Virus record (IMG/VR): IMGVR_UViG_3300044477_000284
Location: 1 to 40,629 of that record
Direction: 5' to 3' (one strand)
Length of the DNA: 40,629 nt
From: a virus
Taxonomy: Duplodnaviria > Caudoviricetes
The stretch's first letter is position 1. Each line of letters opens with the position of its first letter. The notes beneath the pieces were generated by a model, which was not told where the DNA came from, ran no database searches, and saw only the letters and a list, made by a program, of their open reading frames with translations. Positions 35,810-40,629 of the stretch are shown in pieces. Position numbers and translations under genes: made by a program.

Positions 35810-38800
35810 ATGAGCGAGTTGTGGGAATTGCCTGAGAGCGATCCTGTGGCGCCGGGTTATGACGCCGAGCGGGGGTTTGTGACTGAGGCGGGTTTCGATT
35901 CGAGCGCTCTGGAGGACGGGGGTTTTGCCGAGTCTCTGGCCAGACAGTGGTGGGGGGTGAATTTCTACAAAAACGGGGCGCGTGTTGCGGATCTCCACGA
36001 TGTGGAGGGGGGCAAGTTCGACAAGATTCGACGCATTTTCTGGAATTCGATCTACAAGAGGTTGCTGGCGCTCGGGGAGTTGAGCCTGGCGAATCCGATT
36101 TATCTGGGTGCGACTCCGGCTGACTGGTCCTCGACGCCTCTGGCGCCGTTCGCTGAGGAGTGTTCGTGGCCGGCCACAGGGAGTGGAAAGTCGCTGGCGC
36201 TGACGTGGGGGACCGGCAACACGGACCCGCGCGCGGTGCCGCGCGACAACGGCAACATTGTGTCCCCGATTCAACCGGGGGATTGGGTCTGGAGCGGTGG
36301 CGGGCAGTACGGGGTGGCGCGTCTGGTGGATGTTACGTGGGGGCTGGGGCAAAGCGCGACGCTGACGCTGAGCAAGCCGATCAACACGGGGCGGGGGAGC
36401 AGCAGCGTGACGGTGGCTCGGGAGAACCGGCTGGCAACGTTTCCGCTGGTGAGTCTGGACCCGGTCTTGTCGGGTCAATGCGTCTGGTGCCGGAAGAGCG
36501 CTCTTCAGTTCTGGCGGACGCTGCGGTCCGCCTACCCGAGTGTGACACGGTATCAGAAACTGATTTCTGCGGACGGGAACTGGCACTGCGCTCGAATGGG
36601 CGCGAGCGAGATTGACCCAGCGACGGTGAAGTTTGGAGACACGACGCCCTGTTCGGACTCGACGTGTCCTCTTTATTCTCGGTTGCGGTGCGGGTGGGTT
36701 CCGAACGCGCTCGAGTTGTCGAAGATTTTCGGCGCTCGAGGGCGATATCTGACGAAACTGGTTCCGCAGGACTCGGGGAGTGAGAGTCTGCGCGTCGGTC
36801 AGGAGAATTTTGACGGGCTGCTTTTGCTGATGGGGTTGCGGATCGCCCACTACACGGGTTCCCTGGAGATTTTCTGGAAGGATTTCTTCGGCGCTGGGCG
36901 GTTGCTGCACAAGACCGGGATTCTGGATGAAAACGGGTGGGAACTGTTTCTGGACCATGAGGGGTACCAGCAGTATTTCTTGAGCCGGACGCCGGCGCAG
37001 CCGGAAACGGACGATTGCGGTCTGCTGAAGGCTCTGGATGATGTGGAGAAGTTCGACTGGGCGGGCGGCGCGAGCGCGAGCAACCGGGCGCTGGTGAAGA
37101 CTGTGACGAGGACGCCGCTTTGCACGCTGGAGAGGAAAATCGGGGTCAGGAGACTGAGCGGCCTTGTCCCTACGCTCGGTAAGCAGCAGAACCAGTCATA
37201 TGGGGACACGAGCCTGACGATTCGGGGGGCGGGCGACGGAGTGGTGCAGCGGGTTCGGCGGCGGTCTTACGCGAGCGGGATGTTTCGTCCGAATGGAGGT
37301 CTGGAGTATGAGGACGACTTTGTACGGACGGAAAAGACCACCACGATGCAGTCTCTCCAGGATGGTTTCCAGTACAACCTGATGGTGCGGTTGCGTCAGT
37401 TTGGAGACGCGAAGAGCGCACCGACGGACAAGGGAGAAAAGACGCGGCTGACGGGACGGAAGATCGAGCGGGCGGTGGCGAGTGGGAATCTGTTGACGCT
37501 CGAGTTCGCCCTGGCCGAGATCGAGGTGAGCGTCCCGGCAACGGTGCCGTACGATACTCATTTTTCGAGCGGGGGGACGACTGTCCATCCGAAGCATTCG
37601 GTGGATGTGGTGTGGAATCCGCTGGCGAAGATGGAGGTGACGGACGCTCAGGGTTATCTGTACCCGGGCGACGTTTTGTACCTGAACGATGGGGTTTCTG
37701 AGAACGGCGGCGACCTTGAAAACTGGGGTTTGCTGTGTCTGTCGGCTGAGGCGTTTGGCGGTCAGGACGGCACGGTTGAGAACGAGTATAACGCTCCGAT
37801 CTACGGCGTTCCGTCGCTTTACGCAACGAAGCACCAGGCGCGCGACAAGGCGGTGTTCTGGATCGGGAGCGAGAGCGGAAAGCGCGTGAAGGCGTGGCTG
37901 GACTCTCACGGGGGTACGACTGGTGGCGGGAGCAAGATCTGGAAGGTGGATCAAAGCGGGGTTTCTCCGGCTCCGATTGACGATCAGGGGAACAATACGG
38001 GTTACGCCCCCGTTGTGTATCGCTCGACGGCCACAGGAGCGGCGGAAGAGGTCGCGTCTGACTTCTGGCGATATGATGCATCGAGCGGCCGGTTGTATGT
38101 GAATGTGTCGGCGTGGCCGGCGGCGGATTATGTGGTCTCTGTGGTGGGCTGGTTTTTTGACAACCGGCACGTTCACCCGGTGAACAATTGCCTGGGCATC
38201 CGAAAGAACTTGGACGATGTGTGCGACCACGCGTGGATCCGGACGGCGCTCGGAACGGGCGGCGAGGACGTTTACTGGTGCGAGCGGTACCTGGACGGCG
38301 GCGTGGAGACGGAGTACACGTCGGCGTTGTTCGGTGTGGCCAACACGTTTGAGCGGGTATGGACTCGGGCCGATTTCACGCGGATTTTCCCGCCACCGGG
38401 TTCTGTGACTTTCAGCGGGTTTACTCGGGGGTTTATTTCCGCGCCTTACTCGACCACGGCGAACATGGCCGAGATGCTCTCGAGGGTGGTTTTCCAGTCG
38501 AACACGAAGGCGCTGAAGGTGACGAGTTATTCGGCGGCGTCGCTTGCCGCGTTTCGTTCGGAGGACATCGCCGAGGCGTTGATGGAGTTGGAAATCGAGG
38601 GCGGGTCTGTTCTGGGTGAGTCCTATTCCGAGGTGAACGGTTCGGCTGAGTATTCTTCTTCTCAGGCGGCGGTCACGCAGTTTTCTTTCCTGCTCTATGA
38701 GGGGACGGTGAACGGGGACGACTTCACGCCCAGCAACGCGTTCGCTGTTCCGGGAGGGACGCTGCGCCGGGTCCAGACAGGGGTGGACGAGAACAACAAC

Positions 38801-39184
38801 CCGGTTTATGCCTACCGTGGGCTTGTGGATATGACTGCGGCTGTAAAGTTTATCCTCGATCACTTCTACGAGAACTTGAACCGGGAATATCTTCTGATTT
38901 TGGGTGGGCCGGGCCTGGGTCCGAACAGCGGAAGCGCTCGGGATCTGGCGCTTTCGTACACGCCCGGGTTCGGTGGCGACTACACGGGGCACACGAAGAC
39001 GCCGGCGCTGGATGACACAGCCTCCCTGGCAACGACCGAGGTGACGTTTTCGAGCGCGAGCGTGGGAGATTTGTTCGTTCGGTTGGACAAGACGAAGGTG
39101 GGGAAGGCGTTCGAACTGCCGGACGGGTACAACGCTCAACTGGGGAGGGGAACGGGGGTTTGTCACTGGCCGAGTGGGTTATGA
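35810..39184 (+). CDS. Large tail / host-specificity protein (1124 aa)
   Basis: Long ORF at the end of the tail module; no family recognised. Confidence 0.7.
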   Translation: MSELWELPESDPVAPGYDAERGFVTEAGFDSSALEDGGFAESLARQWWGVNFYKNGARVADLHDVEGGKFDKIRRIFWNSIYKRLLALGELSLANPIYLGATPADWSSTPLAPFAEECSWPATGSGKSLALTWGTGNTDPRAVPRDNGNIVSPIQPGDWVWSGGGQYGVARLVDVTWGLGQSATLTLSKPINTGRGSSSVTVARENRLATFPLVSLDPVLSGQCVWCRKSALQFWRTLRSAYPSVTRYQKLISADGNWHCARMGASEIDPATVKFGDTTPCSDSTCPLYSRLRCGWVPNALELSKIFGARGRYLTKLVPQDSGSESLRVGQENFDGLLLLMGLRIAHYTGSLEIFWKDFFGAGRLLHKTGILDENGWELFLDHEGYQQYFLSRTPAQPETDDCGLLKALDDVEKFDWAGGASASNRALVKTVTRTPLCTLERKIGVRRLSGLVPTLGKQQNQSYGDTSLTIRGAGDGVVQRVRRRSYASGMFRPNGGLEYEDDFVRTEKTTTMQSLQDGFQYNLMVRLRQFGDAKSAPTDKGEKTRLTGRKIERAVASGNLLTLEFALAEIEVSVPATVPYDTHFSSGGTTVHPKHSVDVVWNPLAKMEVTDAQGYLYPGDVLYLNDGVSENGGDLENWGLLCLSAEAFGGQDGTVENEYNAPIYGVPSLYATKHQARDKAVFWIGSESGKRVKAWLDSHGGTTGGGSKIWKVDQSGVSPAPIDDQGNNTGYAPVVYRSTATGAAEEVASDFWRYDASSGRLYVNVSAWPAADYVVSVVGWFFDNRHVHPVNNCLGIRKNLDDVCDHAWIRTALGTGGEDVYWCERYLDGGVETEYTSALFGVANTFERVWTRADFTRIFPPPGSVTFSGFTRGFISAPYSTTANMAEMLSRVVFQSNTKALKVTSYSAASLAAFRSEDIAEALMELEIEGGSVLGESYSEVNGSAEYSSSQAAVTQFSFLLYEGTVNGDDFTPSNAFAVPGGTLRRVQTGVDENNNPVYAYRGLVDMTAAVKFILDHFYENLNREYLLILGGPGLGPNSGSARDLALSYTPGFGGDYTGHTKTPALDDTASLATTEVTFSSASVGDLFVRLDKTKVGKAFELPDGYNAQLGRGTGVCHWPSGL

Positions 39185-39273
39185 GTGTCCAGAAAGTTGT
39201 CCAGTTCGGTGGACTGATTTTCAAGAAGTTGAGGGATTCTGAAGGGAAAAGATGTCCGGAGGGAGGTCCTGAA

Positions 39274-39948
39274 ATGAAGGTTGTTCTGGATACAATAGAC
39301 GGCAAGGAAATTTGGGAGGTGGAGGATCAGATCGGGGTGTTTTTCTTCCGCTCGGGGCTGGCCATCGACGCGGATGGTTCGCCTCGAGCGTATCACCCTG
39401 ACGGGTCTCCTCCCGGGCTGGATCGAACGAGCAACGCGGGGCGCCCGGGTCACTGGTACGGGCTGGTGACGAACGAGAGCGGGATGCCGATTGTGCAGAC
39501 CGAGGACGATCCGGCGCCGGGGTTTTACGTCTCCCCAACCGCTCTCGGCAACGATCGGTATCTGGAGCGCGATCCGCGCAAGTATGTCAATTCGGAGCGG
39601 ATTCCGTATTTCGTGCTGCCAGGTAAACGGACCCAGGGCGCTCGACTGGGAGACCTGGCCATGGTCCTGAACGAGCGGAACGGAATGAAGAGTGGCGCTG
39701 TGTTCGCTGACACGGGTCCGACGGATGAGATCGGAGAGGGCTCGATCGCGCTGGCCGAGCGGTTGGAGGTCCCGAGCGATCCGAAGCATGGCGGCTGCGG
39801 TAGTGGGATCGTGACGGTGGTGTTCCGGCATAGCCGGTGCGGATGGCCGCTGACGGCCGAGGAGATTGACCACGAGGCGGGCAAGTTGTTCGCGGAGTGG
39901 GGCGGCATCGAGCGGTTGAAGGCGCTGGGGGTGTGGAACAACGGATAA
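39274..39948 (+). CDS. GH75 (chitosanase-like) glycoside hydrolase, candidate lysin (alternative start 39181)
   Basis: IDADG, IPYFVLP, LGDLAMV, ADTGP and IGEGSIALA motifs; GGAGG RBS before ATG 39274. Confidence 0.75.
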   Translation: MKVVLDTIDGKEIWEVEDQIGVFFFRSGLAIDADGSPRAYHPDGSPPGLDRTSNAGRPGHWYGLVTNESGMPIVQTEDDPAPGFYVSPTALGNDRYLERDPRKYVNSERIPYFVLPGKRTQGARLGDLAMVLNERNGMKSGAVFADTGPTDEIGEGSIALAERLEVPSDPKHGGCGSGIVTVVFRHSRCGWPLTAEEIDHEAGKLFAEWGGIERLKALGVWNNG

Positions 39949-39977
39949 TTGAGAATTGACAATGGAGAGCGAACCGA
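39943..39977 (+). repeat. Module A array; supplies the TAA of the GH75 gene
   Basis: ggaTAAttgagaattgacaatggagagcgaaccg. Confidence 0.8.
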
Positions 39978-39996
39978 AAAGGGAAGGAGAGGGACA

Positions 39997-40407
39997 ATGG
40001 GTGACGATAACAAACTGGACGTGGAAATTCAGAAGGACGGGCTGACCGGGAAACTGCTGAAGCCGTTCACGGTGAAGGTAAAGGGGAAGGAAATCACGGT
40101 GCCGGTGGGGTTTATGACGGACTTTGCGAGCGTGCCGCGGCTGTTCTGGCGTCTGGCTCCGCCCTGGGGTCTGTACTCGCGCGCAGCCGTGGTGCATGAC
40201 TGGCTCTACCAGTCCGGGGCCTTCGACAAGGAAACAACGGACCTGATCTTCAAGGCGCTCATGGTTCGATACGGTGTCCCTGCCTGGAAGGCACAGTTGA
40301 TGTATGCCGCGGTCAAATGGTTCGGAGGAAAGGCGTGGGATGCCTGCCGGAAGCGGCAGGAGAACCTGCCGGTGAATGTGGGGGGGCCGGGGAAGGAGAC
40401 TCTGTAA
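39997..40407 (+). CDS. DUF1353 family protein
   Basis: VPVGFMTDFASVPR...AAVVHDWLY...DLIF motif. Confidence 0.88.
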   Translation: MGDDNKLDVEIQKDGLTGKLLKPFTVKVKGKEITVPVGFMTDFASVPRLFWRLAPPWGLYSRAAVVHDWLYQSGAFDKETTDLIFKALMVRYGVPAWKAQLMYAAVKWFGGKAWDACRKRQENLPVNVGGPGKETL

Positions 40408-40629
40408 ATGGTTCTGCGATTGGTGGGAGTCGCTCTGGTGGTGCTGATGCTCCTGCTGGATGCGGCGCAGAGTCCTGGCCGAGAGCGGCCAGCGGCGCCC
40501 GATGTGGCGCTCGATGCGCAGTCGAGCGGGGTGGGCGGCGCGCCGGCGCCCTGGGCGAGTCTGTTCGATGTCAATGGGTTTCCCTTTCCCGGGGGAACCT
40601 CGATGTCTATCGAGGGCGCGCCGCCTTAG
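40408..40629 (+). CDS. Small protein with an N-terminal signal/TM segment (lysis-region accessory?)
   Basis: MVLRLVGVALVVLMLLL; ATG directly abuts the previous stop codon. Confidence 0.45.
   Translation: MVLRLVGVALVVLMLLLDAAQSPGRERPAAPDVALDAQSSGVGGAPAPWASLFDVNGFPFPGGTSMSIEGAPP

Noticed and set aside
26157-39184. Diversity-generating retroelement acting on tail genes
   Set aside because: No reverse transcriptase and no TR/VR pair differing only at adenines. The 285-bp repeat differs mainly at synonymous sites.
1781-39977. Dispersed repeats as a CRISPR array
   Set aside because: No constant 25-45 bp repeat separated by unique, equal-length spacers, and no cas genes.

Overview
A 40.6-kb segment of a GC-rich, probably temperate, lambda-like (GpA terminase) tailed phage or prophage. 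No integrase or att site is visible, and the segment runs off both window ends. From left to right it holds: (1) a leftward early/replication arm with an initiator protein (internal iterons, C-terminal DnaA-domain-I-like module) and a tRNA-like structured RNA; (2) a switch region with three HTH genes, including a CI-like protein whose protease catalytic residues look lost; (3) a leftward accessory operon under a strong sigma70-type promoter, where four unrelated genes end in the same palindromic repeat; (4) a lambda-cos-like site and a Dam-family methylase; (5) a rightward morphogenesis operon (terS, terL, portal, S49 protease/scaffold, cement, capsid, connectors, tail tube, frameshifting chaperone, tape measure, two beta-helix proteins, tail-tip genes); (6) a GH75 lysin candidate and a DUF1353 gene. 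The most striking unexplained feature is about 18 composite short-tandem-repeat arrays built from a few periodic modules in a fixed order. All lie on the + strand regardless of gene direction. They fill most larger late-operon gene gaps, often supply stop codons, and twice sit in-frame inside genes. Family names come from motif recognition only, not database searches.
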